In this document: in pieces, positions 25,698 to 37,686 of the stretch
How the letters are laid out: every line of letters begins with the position of its first letter
Numbering within the stretch: the stretch's first letter is position 1
Source of the DNA: Eledone cirrhosa
Lineage: Eukaryota
Length of the DNA stretch: 64,000 bases
Assembly: GCA_964016885.1 (NCBI GenBank)
Contig: OZ024755.1
Coordinates: 5,208,001 to 5,272,000 of the forward strand
Direction: 5' to 3'
The notes under the pieces: model-generated
Seen by the model: the letters and a program-made list of their open reading frames with translations, nothing else
Databases searched by the model: none
What the model was told of the DNA's origin: nothing
Translations under genes and position numbers: made by a program

Positions 25698-27031
25698 CAT
25701 CTATTACACAATATGTATATATGCATAAATATGAGCGTATTTTGTGTGAGTTAACTTGTTCTTTGGTCTAAAATGTCAAAAGATTGATTACATTAGATGA
25801 AATACCAACTTATCTAAGATCACTACCAACATCACCAACAACCCAACCACCACCACCACCACCATCGTATCTATTGAATCCATATTAATTCTAACGTCTA
25901 TGACGATGTGTAAAATGTCAACGAGGCCTTATATTAACACCAGTGACCAACAGAGGGAGTCTCAAACAGATAATACAGACGAATTAGACAGTTTCCTAGC
26001 TTCGGCTGTCAATATTCAGTTTCAGAACTCATTAAACGGACATTAACAAAATGAGAATAGTGCTTAAAAAAACTTTGAGGCACAAGGCCAGCAATTTGGA
26101 TAGAGGATGGAGGTTTGTTTGTCGGTTAAATCAATCCGGCACTTATGTGGTGGAGTCACTGTGGCACCATCTTAGCTCTTTTACCAGTAATTCAACAACA
26201 CCTCACTTACTCCAACATTCTGAGAATTTTCTAACATCCGTCATTATATTACCGTATTTCCCGACGGCAGAAATAGCTGTCTAAACGGCAGAAATAGCTG
26301 TCTAAACGGCTTGAGCTCTGCCGTCGGGGTTCTGACTATTTTCCTATATATATATAAGGTACCAGTCTAGTACTGGGGTTGATTCTTCCTCTATATCTCT
26401 TTCTCAGTTCCTCTCTGTCACTTTCTATCTTTCTTTGAAAGAAATCTGCTGTACTTAGGCCTGGAAAGGGATGGGCTCCGCTAGGCTTAAAATACCCAAG
26501 ACTCCATCAGGAGTTACGGGACCATACATCACATACAACATTCTACTTATGTGCAGAACTCCAATATTATGACAAGATTATAAACCGGTTCTTGATCTCT
26601 ACATTTGCCGCACACTAAACAGAATAAAGTCAGCATAGATTTCTAGCAAACACCCGGTACGTCTTCACAACCACAAATGTTATAAAACACACTACCTGTC
26701 TTTCTAAGTTCTAAATCACAGAACTAAGCTGTATCCAATTTGTGTCAAATTTAAATATCTAACATATACAGACACTGGTTCATGTAAAGAACAAACTTGT
26801 CACAAGGATCTTTTGTGTATCTTCTCGTAACGGTCTTGTTATTATTGTAAATGCTGATTTGGAAACAAATATATAACTCAAATGTATTCCTCACACTTCC
26901 GTTCAGATGTTTGGCTTCAACTAATTATTTTCTCTAGTCTCTGCCATTACCATATTTCTAATATAAAATAAACAAATTAACCCCCCACCCCACCCCACAC
27001 ACATATACAGTTCAGGTACTGTTACGTCATA

Positions 27032-27122
27032 CAGAAGTCTGATGAGATTTTGATTCCAGAGTCGGGCCCGATCGATAGAGATCTCTGAGCTGATCAATCG
27101 CGAAACGTGCGTCACACCTGAA
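27032..27122 (+). ncRNA. Hammerhead-ribozyme-like motif with long stem II
   Basis: CTGATGA (27039-27045) ... GAAAC (27102-27106) GTGC GTC (27111-27113); stem II region homologous to 34801-34862. Confidence 0.6.
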
Positions 27123-27291
27123 TATACTTAATAAGGACTGACTTTTGTCACATTTCTTGAGTTTTAAACAAATATTCTCCATTTGGACCATCTTATTGTT
27201 GTTTTCCTGTTAATTATTTCACTATATTTATGTCTCTGTCTGTCTGTCTGTCTGTCTGTCTACCTAACTATCTACCTATCTAGCTAGCTAA

Positions 27292-27799
27292 TTTCTTGTG
27301 CGCCCTTGTGGCAAATAAAGAAATCTATCTACCTACCTACCTATCTTCCTCTGTATAGTGGCTATGGTGAAAGAGGTTATATGGTGGACGAGATTGAGAG
27401 GACTGAGGACAGATGCCTTTCTCTCCGGACAACAAAGTATCACTTTAGAAGGAGAATCAGAGTGGAGAGAGAGAGGCACTGCACCCCAGTAAATTTACTG
27501 AAAGGTGGGTGAATGTAGCAAAAAATGGCCCAAGTGATTGGGCCTTCTCTGTATATAAGCCTGTAGGTTAAAGAAGAGAGCAAAAGGAAGAAAGGAGCAC
27601 TTGCACAACACGCTCTTGAAATTGAGGGTTGTTCTATCGACGGGGTATTAAACAACCCATTTGTGGGGCTTCCCCCCTATTGGGGATTTCGATTGTTATA
27701 ATTGTTTGTTTTATATTTTTTACACGACTGTATGTAAAATCCCCGGCATGTCTTTGTATTGTCCCCTTTTCTTGTGCGCCCTTGTGGCAAATAAAGAAA
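27292..27799 (+). mobile_element. Tx1/L1-like LINE: 32-bp 3' tip (27292-27323) and ~455-bp 5'-truncated copy (27346-27799)
   Basis: Both end ...CCCTTGTGGCAAATAAAGAAA followed by TCTA repeats; high similarity to 12397-12865. Confidence 0.8.
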
Positions 27800-27994
27800 T
27801 CTATCTATCTATCTATCTATCTACACACACTCACAACCACACCTTTGGTCGTATTAGTAACCCTACCGATATGAAGGTGGGTTATTAGGATTGACATGAA
27901 ATATATTCCATTTCCTGTGTACAAATGTGGACAATTAGAGCATAGCCTGGAGATAAATCAGATTAGTCAGTGGCTTGTTTACCTACACCCCTCC

Positions 27995-28785
27995 GCCCCT
28001 CCACAACACCACCAGCAACATTCCCATCACCCCCACCACAGCAACATTCCCATCACCCCCACCGCAGCAACATTCCCATCACCCCCACCGCAGCAACCTA
28101 CAACCATCACCAACAATACGCCCCCCCCCCCCCCTTCACAGTAATTCACCACCAGCAATATTCCCACCACCAACAACACCGCCACCACCATAAACAAAGA
28201 ATGCTATGAACATCAGCACCACAATCATCATCATCATCACAAATAACACCAACACTAGCTCTTCTACCGCCGCCGCCGCCGTCATCGTCAGCGTCATCAC
28301 CACTACCATCACCACCGCCACCATCACCATCATCATCGCCATACCACTACCACCATACCACCATACCTCCACCACCATACCGCCACCACCATCATCACCA
28401 CCGCCATACCATCACCACCATACCGCCACCACCACCACCCACTACCACCACCCACTACCACCACCACTACCACTACCACCACCACTACCACCACCACCAC
28501 CACCACCACCACTACCACCACCACCACTACCACCACCACCATCACCACCACCACCACCTCCACTATCATCACCATACCACCGCCGCCACTACCACCACCG
28601 CCATACCACCGCCGCCACCACCATCACCGCCATACCACCGCCGCCACCACCATCACCGCTATACCACCGCCGCCACCACCATCTCCACTATCATCATCAC
28701 CACCACCACCACCACCACCACCACCACCACCACCACCACCACCACCACCACCACCACCACTACCACCACCACCACCACCGCCATC
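27995..28785. repeat. (CCA/CAC)n-rich low-complexity region with a short 24-bp tandem (CAGCAACATTCCCATCACCCCCAC)
   Basis: Visible trinucleotide arrays. Confidence 0.9.
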
Positions 28786-29245
28786 CATGCATTTGACACA
28801 AAAGTCCAATGCAGACATTTGTTGAAATCATCTGCTGAACTGAAAGTAATCCGCTCGTTTCTCTCCCTTTTAACCGTTTCCTCTTCAATGTTACCGGAAG
28901 CAGCTGACTTGGTTTGTGGTTTCCTTCTCCCTAAACTCTTCCCCGCCCCATAAATCAGGGCCAGTCATGCATGAAAGATAGTTTAAACATTAAATAAGAT
29001 TCCTTTACCAAATGTTTTATTCTTGTAGAATCAGCTGTGCCAATTGTTGATAGATGCACCTGAGCCTTGGCCGAAATATCTTGCGCTGTTTAGTCCGGCA
29101 CTGTTTAGTCCGGCTCTATTTAGTCCGGCTCTGTGTATTCTGGGTTCAAACGTCACTCGGATGAACTTTGCTCTTCATTTTCACCCGGGGTTTATAAATA
29201 AAGTACTTGTCTAGGGCGATGGACTGGTGGAGTCGTTAAATATAT

Positions 29246-29522
29246 CTTCTTTTTCGTCGTCTTCTTCTTTCTCTTTTTCTTCCTCTTTCTCTTCTTTTTC
29301 TTCTTCCTCTTTCTCTTCTTTTTCCTCTTTTTCTTCTTTTTCTTTTTTTTCTTTCCTTTTCTTTTTCTTCTTCTTGAGAGGGTCGTGGAGGAAGAGTCCT
29401 CAAACACACCTGCCAGTGGGTCCTGTCAGAAGCAACCTTCTCTAACTGATCCGGCTGGATCTCCAAACGAGACCAACCAAGCTCAGAGATGTTATCCAAC
29501 CATCTTGCCCTGGGTCTCCGAC
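29246..29522 (-). mobile_element. RTE-clade LINE 3' end with (GAA)-rich tail
   Basis: RRPRARWLDNISELGWSRLEIQPDQLEKVASDRTHWQVCLRTLPPRPSQE followed by GAA/AAG repeats. Confidence 0.75.
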
Positions 29523-29589
29523 ATATTCGTTTTCTAAACAAACAAAACAAAACAATTTTTATTTCTAAATGCTGACCTCTTAATTTCTA

Positions 29590-30010
29590 ATCCTCTCATT
29601 AAAGCCAGCAACTGCTGTTTCTATTTTCATGGAACCGATTTTCACAGTCAACATGTTTTAGTCAACATGACAATATATCAGTCTCTGGCTGCTGAGAAAG
29701 TTAATACAATATAATTCTTTCCTGCATTAACCATTTCTTGAAACCTCATCCACCACAATTGTTTCTCTTTTCTCTTCATTCAATTACTTCGCAGCATTAC
29801 TCGCTGTTTGTTATCCCATCTTCTACACCATACTACACTACCTTTCATTGATCTTATACCCTCTTCTATTTAATTCCTCTCTAAAATACTGCCTCAGCGC
29901 TCATATTCTTCCTCTTCACCTTTCATTTCATTTGTCCATCCTGTCTATCCAATATGTCGCTTACAGTCGTTCCGCAGTCTTAATTTCATTATCTTTTACT
30001 ATGTCTCGTG
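29590..30010 (-). pseudogene. Possible heavily decayed pogo/Tigger transposase N-terminus (CENP-B-type HTH)
   Basis: Discontinuous peptides GTTVSDIL, LWWMRFQEMVNAG and SSCWL occur in the order expected for Tigger HTH domains. Confidence 0.3.
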
Positions 30011-31211
30011 TTATGTCTTCGTATACGATAAATCATTTCAAATGCTATTTTAAATCTTCAATTTCTTTTCATTCGCCTGTTTCTATGGCAAACATTTCAC
30101 TAATTTCAGCTTTAAAAAAATAACTCATTTATTTTATATTCTTTAAATTAACTTCATGTAATAAATTAGGCATATAGGCCTCTTGACGGCGGTCACTTTT
30201 TCTGTCCAGGGCCGTATATGACCAACTTAGACTATTTTTCATACTAAAAACATAAAATTAAATTAAAAGAAATGCATTGAAGCTGTTAACTTTAATTTCG
30301 CTTTAAATTCAAAATTCGTAACTCGTTTAACGGTTCTAAAACTAGATTGTTATATATATATATATATATATACATATAAGAGAGAGAGAGAAAGAGAGAG
30401 AGTCTGAAACTAGCTGTTGACACGGCAAGAGCTCGGCCGTCGGGCCTCGATTCTTTCTAATATAGTTACACTCTATTATCCCAAGTATGGAATACTCTGT
30501 TGAACTAAACTTTGATATTAAAAACTAATTATATATATATATTAAAAATTATTAAAGCAATAATAGAATCAATACTGATATATATATTTGTAAAGGTTAT
30601 GTCATTATAACATCTTATAAGCTTTTCATGATCATATTTCTAATGAAATACACTCTATTTCAATTAGTTAATGAAGAATTTTGAGAGATTTACTAAGATA
30701 GTAACTTAATGTAAAGTTCTTATATAAAATTATGTTGGAAGATTTTATTTTAAATCTGAAATTTTTAAAATGGGTGGTTTTATCTTAAAGAACCAGAGCC
30801 GGTTTGGGCCGGGTTGGCAACTAAAGGATAAGTTGAAATACAAGAGGAAAGAAAATAAAAAACCCGATCATTAGATCGGAACAAGGAAATTGTTTCTATT
30901 TTTCTTTCCTATGTTGAGATTATCACAACTCTTGAGAGAAACATCACCGCTCTTTTAGTAGCGGCAGGTGGGGTTTGAACTCGGAATGTACAGAGCCAGA
31001 CCAGATACGGCAATAACTCCGACGATTAACTAACTCCGTTAAATCCAACGTCCTCTCGTCTACGTCTTTATTTACATCCTTCTCTGTGGTTTAATGAGGC
31101 GTCCGAAACACTCCGCCAAATTGTCGCCTGTTGAAGGAAACTGGAAGATGGACGAGATATATATAGAACAGATATGGTGATGTTTTAATCTGGAAAAGTA
31201 TATAAATAAAT

Positions 31212-31636
31212 AATAATGGTTTCTGATTTAGGCTCAAGGCCAGCAATATATAGGGGAAGGTAAAGTGGATTAAATCGACCACAATACATTACTGGTACTT
31301 TATTTTATCAACCCTGTAAGGATGAAAGACAAAGCTAACCTCGGCGGGATTTGAACTCAGAATGTAAAGCCGTGGTTTTACGTTCTGAGTTCAAATCCCG
31401 TCGAGGTTAGCTTTGCTTTTAATAATAATAACGATTTCTTATATAGGCACAAGGCCAGTAATTTGGGGGAGAGGGAAGTTGATTAAATCGACCCCACTAC
31501 ATTACTGGTGCTTTATTTTATCGACCCCGTAAGGATGAAAGGTAAAGTTAACCTCGGGGGGATTTGAACTCAGAACGTAAAGGACCATAACTATGCTGCA
31601 AGGCAGGGTGTCTGACGCTCTACCGATACTGCCAAC
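31212..31636 (-). mobile_element. Cluster of two minus-strand SINEs with a short plus-strand SINE fragment between them
   Basis: Family consensus at 31212-31370 and 31428-31636; inverted fragment at 31377-31420. Confidence 0.85.
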
Positions 31637-32399
31637 ACATTAACAAAAGATAATAAACGGTATTAAATGAAACAAAAAAAAACAAAAAAAACAAAAAAAC
31701 GACAACAAACTAAAATAAAATGACAATCCAGCATCCCATGTGGCAGAGGAACGCTGCAGCCTGAAACCCATCCTTCATCAAGTAGCAGTGCTGTATATAC
31801 AGAAGAATGAAATGTCAAAAATGGCGGCTGCTAACTAACGTCTAAATTTTAGACATAAGCTACCATTGTTTTTCTATGTTTTAGACTCCAAAAACATAAA
31901 GTTTAGCTGCAGTCTACTATAAAAATAGACGTTTCCATGCCATTATCGATGATAGGTTTTATTAATTTAGTTTTATTCATTAATAATTGGTTCAGACTTC
32001 GCAAATTTGTGACATAATACAATCCCCGTTAACAGATCTGACGCTATATTTGTACTGTGTACACCAACTCATCAAACCATATATATATATATATACATAA
32101 TATGTGTATGTATTTTTTTGTATATGTGTGTGTGTGTGTATGTGTGTATGTATATATATATATGTGTGTGTATATATACCAGCAGCGCCTCTATCGATCG
32201 GCCTCTACACCGAATATACGTGGTCTTCTACATTTTCTATTCATTCTGCAAACACTGCAAATATATTACTTTAATTATTTACTCACTGTACACTGCATCC
32301 ATATACACACACATACACGCGGTTTCTCTCTCTATATATAGTTTGTGTATGCACAGTATGCACATATATATGTATGTATAGTTTGTGTATGCATAGGTG

Positions 32400-32430
<31 letters not shown>

Positions 32431-32531
32431 TCCAATTTATATATATATAATTTGTGTGTATATATATATATATACATGCGTCCAGAATTAGCCGTCGAAA
32501 CGGCTTGAGCTCAGCCGTCGTGGTCCTACTC

Positions 32532-32611
<80 letters not shown>

Positions 32612-32835
32612 GTCTTTATATGTGTGTGTGTGTAAATGTATATATAATGTAAACAAACATGCATGGGTGCACAAACTCATGCATGAACACAATACAAATA
32701 TAGGCAAACCTTTAAATATTTAATGATAATGTGTTTTAGATTTATTAAGTAAATTCTGTGTTATGACATTCATGTTTATATAACAACCGAGTCACGCACG
32801 CATAACTGTTGGGAATACATTGGACATTATTAGGG

Positions 32836-32871
<36 letters not shown>

Positions 32872-32875
<4 letters not shown>

Positions 32876-33040
32876 CAAAGACAACAGAAGGTCGAATTGC
32901 AAATATTCTATTAATATTGCAAAAATCGCAATACGTATTTCTGTGGGTCTGCTTACATCATCAGATCAGGACTAGAACTGTTTCATTCAAAGAAATCACT
33001 AGAATTTCTTTTGAACTGTTGGTGCTGGCGTTTTGTGTAA
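32872..33040 (-). mobile_element. (TA)n-embedded element related to 21950-22130 with two partial hammerhead-like cores
   Basis: Minus strand: CTAGTGAtttctttgaatGAAACagttctagtcctg, then CTGATGA-TGT..ACA-GAAATACGTAT. Confidence 0.5.
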
Positions 33041-33136
33041 TATATATATATAAGTTGTAATAAAATGAAAACGAAATTTCATTTCTCACTCTTATGTATA
33101 CGTACATACATATATGTATACAGACGTACAGTAGCA

Positions 33137-33202
<66 letters not shown>

Positions 33203-33397
33203 CAGGTACACATACATATATGTACACATACATATATGTACGTATCAGTTTAGCGGACGTTTATTATAACGCCCGCTTTGTCCGTTTGTAAACAAACTAA
33301 ACTGACAGCCTGAATTTATGCCGTACGGTGTTAAGGCAACCACGTCACCTTTTTGTTCAACACTGACACAGGAACGATGTATATATATATATATATA

Positions 33398-34457
33398 TAT
33401 ATGAAATATAAGAATCAAAGAACTGTTCAAAACATTATTGTGCTTACAGCTGTTTCCTCCAAACCGAGGTTTGGATTCTTCGGAGCAATTTATTAATGCA
33501 TGGACAGTTATATGACCTCCTTTTCAGCCGAGAGACATACCAATACATATTCAAACATTGATACATATTCAAACATTGTGGGTCAACATTCATTACAGAA
33601 TTTAGAGTGGCAGTACACACTTCGAGATTACATTTATATTAATAGGTACAATCAAAAATCAAAGATATAGGTTAAAGTACAACATGAAGATAAGTGGTTA
33701 TATAGTGCAAATGTTATATGTGTGGCACGCATGTGCGTCTTGTTTATATAGTGTGGCAGAGAGATATGTGTGGTAGAGGCCCTTAGGTAGGTAAATAAGA
33801 GTGTTAGGTTGGTAGATCTGGTGGCAAAGTCTTTATATGATTGATATAGTCTGTGTGTGGAGAAATATTATAAGCATTAAAGATAGTGCAAGCATTAAAA
33901 GTGTTATAAGTATTGGAGATGCACAGCGCAGTGCATCTCCAATACTTATAACACTTTTAATGCTTGCACTATCTTTAATGCTTATAATATTTCTCCACAC
34001 ACAGACTATATCAATCATATAAAGACTTTGCCACCAGATCTACCAACCTAACACTCTTATTTACCTACCTAAGGGCCTCTACCACACATATCTCTCTGCC
34101 ACACTATATAAACAAGACGCACATGCGTGCCACACATATAACATTTGCACTATATAACCACTTATCTTCATGTTGTACTTTAACCTATATCTTTGATTTT
34201 TGATTGTACCTATTAATATAAATGTAATCTCGAAGTGTGTACTGCCACTCTAAATTCTGTAATGAATGTTGACCCACAATGTTTGAATATGTATCAATGT
34301 TTGAATATGTATTGGTATGTCTCTCGGCTGAAAAGGAGGTCATATAACTGTCCATGCATTAATAAATTGCTCCGAAGAATCCAAACCTCGGTTTGGAGGA
34401 AACAGCTGTAAGCACAATAATGTTTTGAACAGTTCTTTGATTCTTATATTTCATATA
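33398..34457. repeat. 1,060-bp near-perfect palindrome (530-bp arms, no spacer)
   Basis: Centre at 33927/33928 (GCACAGCGCAGTGC, one A/A mismatch); mirror-image ORFs 33833-34018(-) and 33837-34022(+); spot checks along the arms match. Confidence 0.95.
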
Positions 34458-34618
34458 ACTGCTCTGTAAATCATCTGATGTTTTTACATTGAGCTACTTA
34501 ACTTACTGGTAATAAGGTAGTAATACATTACTGCCTACCACTATTTAGGGTGTGTGTAAAATACTTACAACTGCTTAAGGTTTTGTGTTTACATAACCAT
34601 AAATAGTATAACTAATAC
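33403..34618 (+). mobile_element. Penelope-like pLTR insertion with inverted copy, flanked by (TA)n; hammerhead-like motif at 34368-34414 (+), mirrored at 33441-33487 (-)
   Basis: TGCT-CCGAAGA-aTCCAAAC ctcg GTTTGGAg-GAAAC-AGCT-GTA-AGCA; unique ~160-bp extension 34458-34618, then (TA)n. Confidence 0.65.
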
Positions 34619-34631
34619 TATATATATATAT

Positions 34632-35004
34632 ATATCACATAAGAAACGGAGAGTCGGTGGTGCGACAAATTAGAATTTATTAGACATATTACAATCGGTT
34701 CTCTGGCGACCAGCTCGATGCGATGATCGAACCTGACTCTGAAATCGCAAGTTCCTCAGGTACGAAACTCTGCTTCGAAAGATTGAGACGTATCTGAGGA
34801 ACTTGCGATTTCAGAGTCAGGTTCGATCCTCGCATCGATCGTGCCTTGAGCTGGTCGCCAGAGAAACGATTGTAATATGTCTAATGAATTCTGATTCGTC
34901 GCACCACTGATTCTCCGTTTCTTAAGTGATATTATACTCTGCTCTGAAAGAGCATCGAGTGCTCAAACGGCCTACCGCATACTGACGCTTTAAGTATCCC
35001 ACAC

Positions 35005-35008
<4 letters not shown>
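34632..35008 (+). mobile_element. Fold-back element (~140-bp imperfect arms, 34632-34932) with type-I hammerhead motif at 34786-34882
   Basis: AGACGTAT-CTGAGGA-long stem II-GAAAC-GATT-GTA-ATATGTCT; flanked by (TA)n on both sides. Confidence 0.7.
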
Positions 35009-35051
<43 letters not shown>

Positions 35052-35856
35052 ACAAATAATGGTTGTTACTGTGTTTATTAAACTGTGATGGAAAAAAAAG
35101 ATGTTGATACGTGAGCCAGGAGATTGAACTAAAATCAAAACTGTAATGTTTTCACTGTAGAGTGAAAGTGAGAAGTGAAAGGTGACCAATATCCCGAAGC
35201 TTATCTTAATTACCAAGATAGATATGTTATGTTATATGACGAAATTTCTCCTAGACACACACTACAGCTCTATTATCTATTAGTTTTCATCATTTGACAT
35301 AGCCACCTATCTAATTAAGATAACCTCAAGCTGGTCGTTATAAGCGCATATCATCCTCAATCAAATGAATGAGGATCACTGTTAACTGCGTACGTCATAG
35401 TAATATGGCCGGTATGTTATTGAAAAGAATTTGCTTGGTTAACACTGTGTCTTCCTTTCTTAACAAGTCTGTCTCTAGTTTTCGAGGTCAACTTTGCCTT
35501 TCATCCATACAAGGTCGATAACAAATAGTAGCAGTCTAATATTGGAGTCGTTTCTTCCCTTTTTAACTTTCTCACTCCGATTCTCTCACTCTCTCGCTGT
35601 CCTTCTCTGAAAGAAACCTGCTGTATTCAGGCATAGAAAGGAGATGGGCTCCGCTAGGTTTAAAGATGCCCTACGCCTTCCTCAAGAGTTACAGGATTTT
35701 ATCCTATCGTCTAGTTATTATAATACAGAGTTTACTCGTCAATTAGGACTGCTGTCCAAAACGCTAAGACTCTTTCCCTACTATATCAAGCGTAAAACTA
35801 ATATATTTCTTCATTATATTGCGCCGTTTGCTTTGTTATATCTGTTTACATTTACC

Positions 35857-36570
35857 ACACACACACAGACACACACAGACACAGACAGACACAGACACAC
35901 ACAGACACAGACAGACAGACACAGACAGACACAGACAGACACAGACAGACACAGACAGACACAGACAGACACAGACAGACACAGACAGACACAGACAGAC
36001 ACAGACACACACAGACACACACAGACACACACAGACACACACAGACACACACAGACACACACAGACAGACACAGACACACACAGACACACACAGACAGAC
36101 ACAGACAGACACAGACACACACAGACAGACACAGACACACACAGACAGACACAGACACACACAGACAGACACAGACAGACACACACACAGACACAGACAG
36201 ACACAGACAGACACACACAGACAGACACAGACAGACACAGACAGACACAGACAGACACAGACAGACACAGACAGACACAGACAGACACAGACAGACACAG
36301 ACACACACACAGACAGACACAGACAGACACAGACAGACACAGACAGACACAGACAGACACAGACAGACACAGACAGACACAGACAGACACAGACAGACAC
36401 AGACAGACACAGACAGACACAGACAGACACAGACAGACACAGACAGACACAGACAGACACAGACAGACACACACAGACACACACAGACACACACAGACAC
36501 ACACAGACACACACAGACACACACAGACACACACAGACACACACAGACACACACAGACACAGACAGACAG
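35857..36570. repeat. Compound (ACAG/AC)n array with ~10-bp period (ACAGACAGAC/ACAGACACAC)
   Basis: Visible; source of the 230-335 aa pseudo-ORFs. Confidence 0.95.
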
Positions 36571-36806
36571 AGCGCTTATGTGTGATATTCGTGATGTGGC
36601 CAATTTGTGTCCAGTTTCAAGCCCTAGTAAGATAATAATAGGATGTTTACTACATGTTTACTACATGTTTACTACATGTTATTATGTCCAAGTCAGTCTA
36701 TTGCTGCTGTCAATGTATTTCTCTCTCCTACTCCAGTGTGAAACTGTCTCAGTGGAATACTACTATCAACACACTGTCTCATTAACAGTTGCAGGAGATA
36801 CAATAA

Positions 36807-37168
36807 ATAATTGTTTCTACTTTTAGCACAAGGCCAACAATTATCCCAGTGTATTACTGGTACTTTATTTTATCGACCCCCGTAATGATGACAGGCTAAG
36901 TTAACCTCAGCTGGATTTGAACTCAGAAGGTAAACGGCTATAACTCTATACCGACTCTGCCAATATCAGTAGAGGGTCGGACGCCTTTGCTGTGCAGCAT
37001 AGAGTTGCGGCCCTTTACGTTCTGAGTTCAAATCCCACTGAGGTTAACTTTGCCTTTCATCCTTACGGGGTCGATAAAATAAAGTACCAGTCACGCACTG
37101 GGGTCGATTTAATCGACCCCCCCCCCCCACAAATTGCTGGCCTTGTGCCTATATAAGAAACCATTATT
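36807..37168. mobile_element. Head-to-head inverted pair of young SINEs
   Basis: Minus copy 36807-36963 abuts plus copy 36964-37168. Confidence 0.85.
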
Positions 37169-37686
37169 CCATGTTCCTTAGTTACATTCAAGTTACGCCT
37201 GGAAAGGAGCTGGGTTTCCGCCAGGCTTAAACTGCCCAAGAAACCCCGTATCTCAATACGGCGCCCTTACGGCACTATCAGGTGTTACGTGACTATACTA
37301 GATACCATAACCTCTGTTCTAATTCTCCTACCTCTTCCAGAATTGCGGAGGCGTATCTTACGAAATATGTCGCGATCTAACAACCTCAAAAACAATCAAC
37401 CCTTGTTTATGTCGGCATAATATATTTTTCTCTCCAATCTACGATATAATTATCCATTCATAACTCTCTGTCTTCAGACCCAAGTATTTCTCAGAAAAAG
37501 ATTTCTTATTAAGATATATCTGTCAAATAATTCTCAGGTTGGTCGTAGGAAATATATTTGTTTCTAGTGCGTCTTGAAGAACTTATCAGCTGATAAGAAG
37601 TCAGCTCTCTTGAATTTTCAACACTTGTTCCACACACACACACGCACATATATATATAAATATCTCTCTCTCTATATATATATATA

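Noticed and set aside
28206-28796. Pro/His-rich 196-aa ORF; also Asp/Met-rich ORF at 16901-17332
   Set aside because: Trinucleotide microsatellites open in several frames.
31055-31160. Possible terminal exon on the minus strand after TTCCAG; YY1-like AAAATGGCGGC near 31818
   Set aside because: Short frames with no recognisable product; single motifs are insufficient.
33833-34022. Mirror-image 61-aa ORFs on both strands
   Set aside because: A geometric consequence of the palindrome centre; no coding signal.
35644-36826. 313- and 335-aa [10 protein letters not shown] ORFs
   Set aside because: Translation of the (ACAG/AC)n array; the start lies in a SINE tail.
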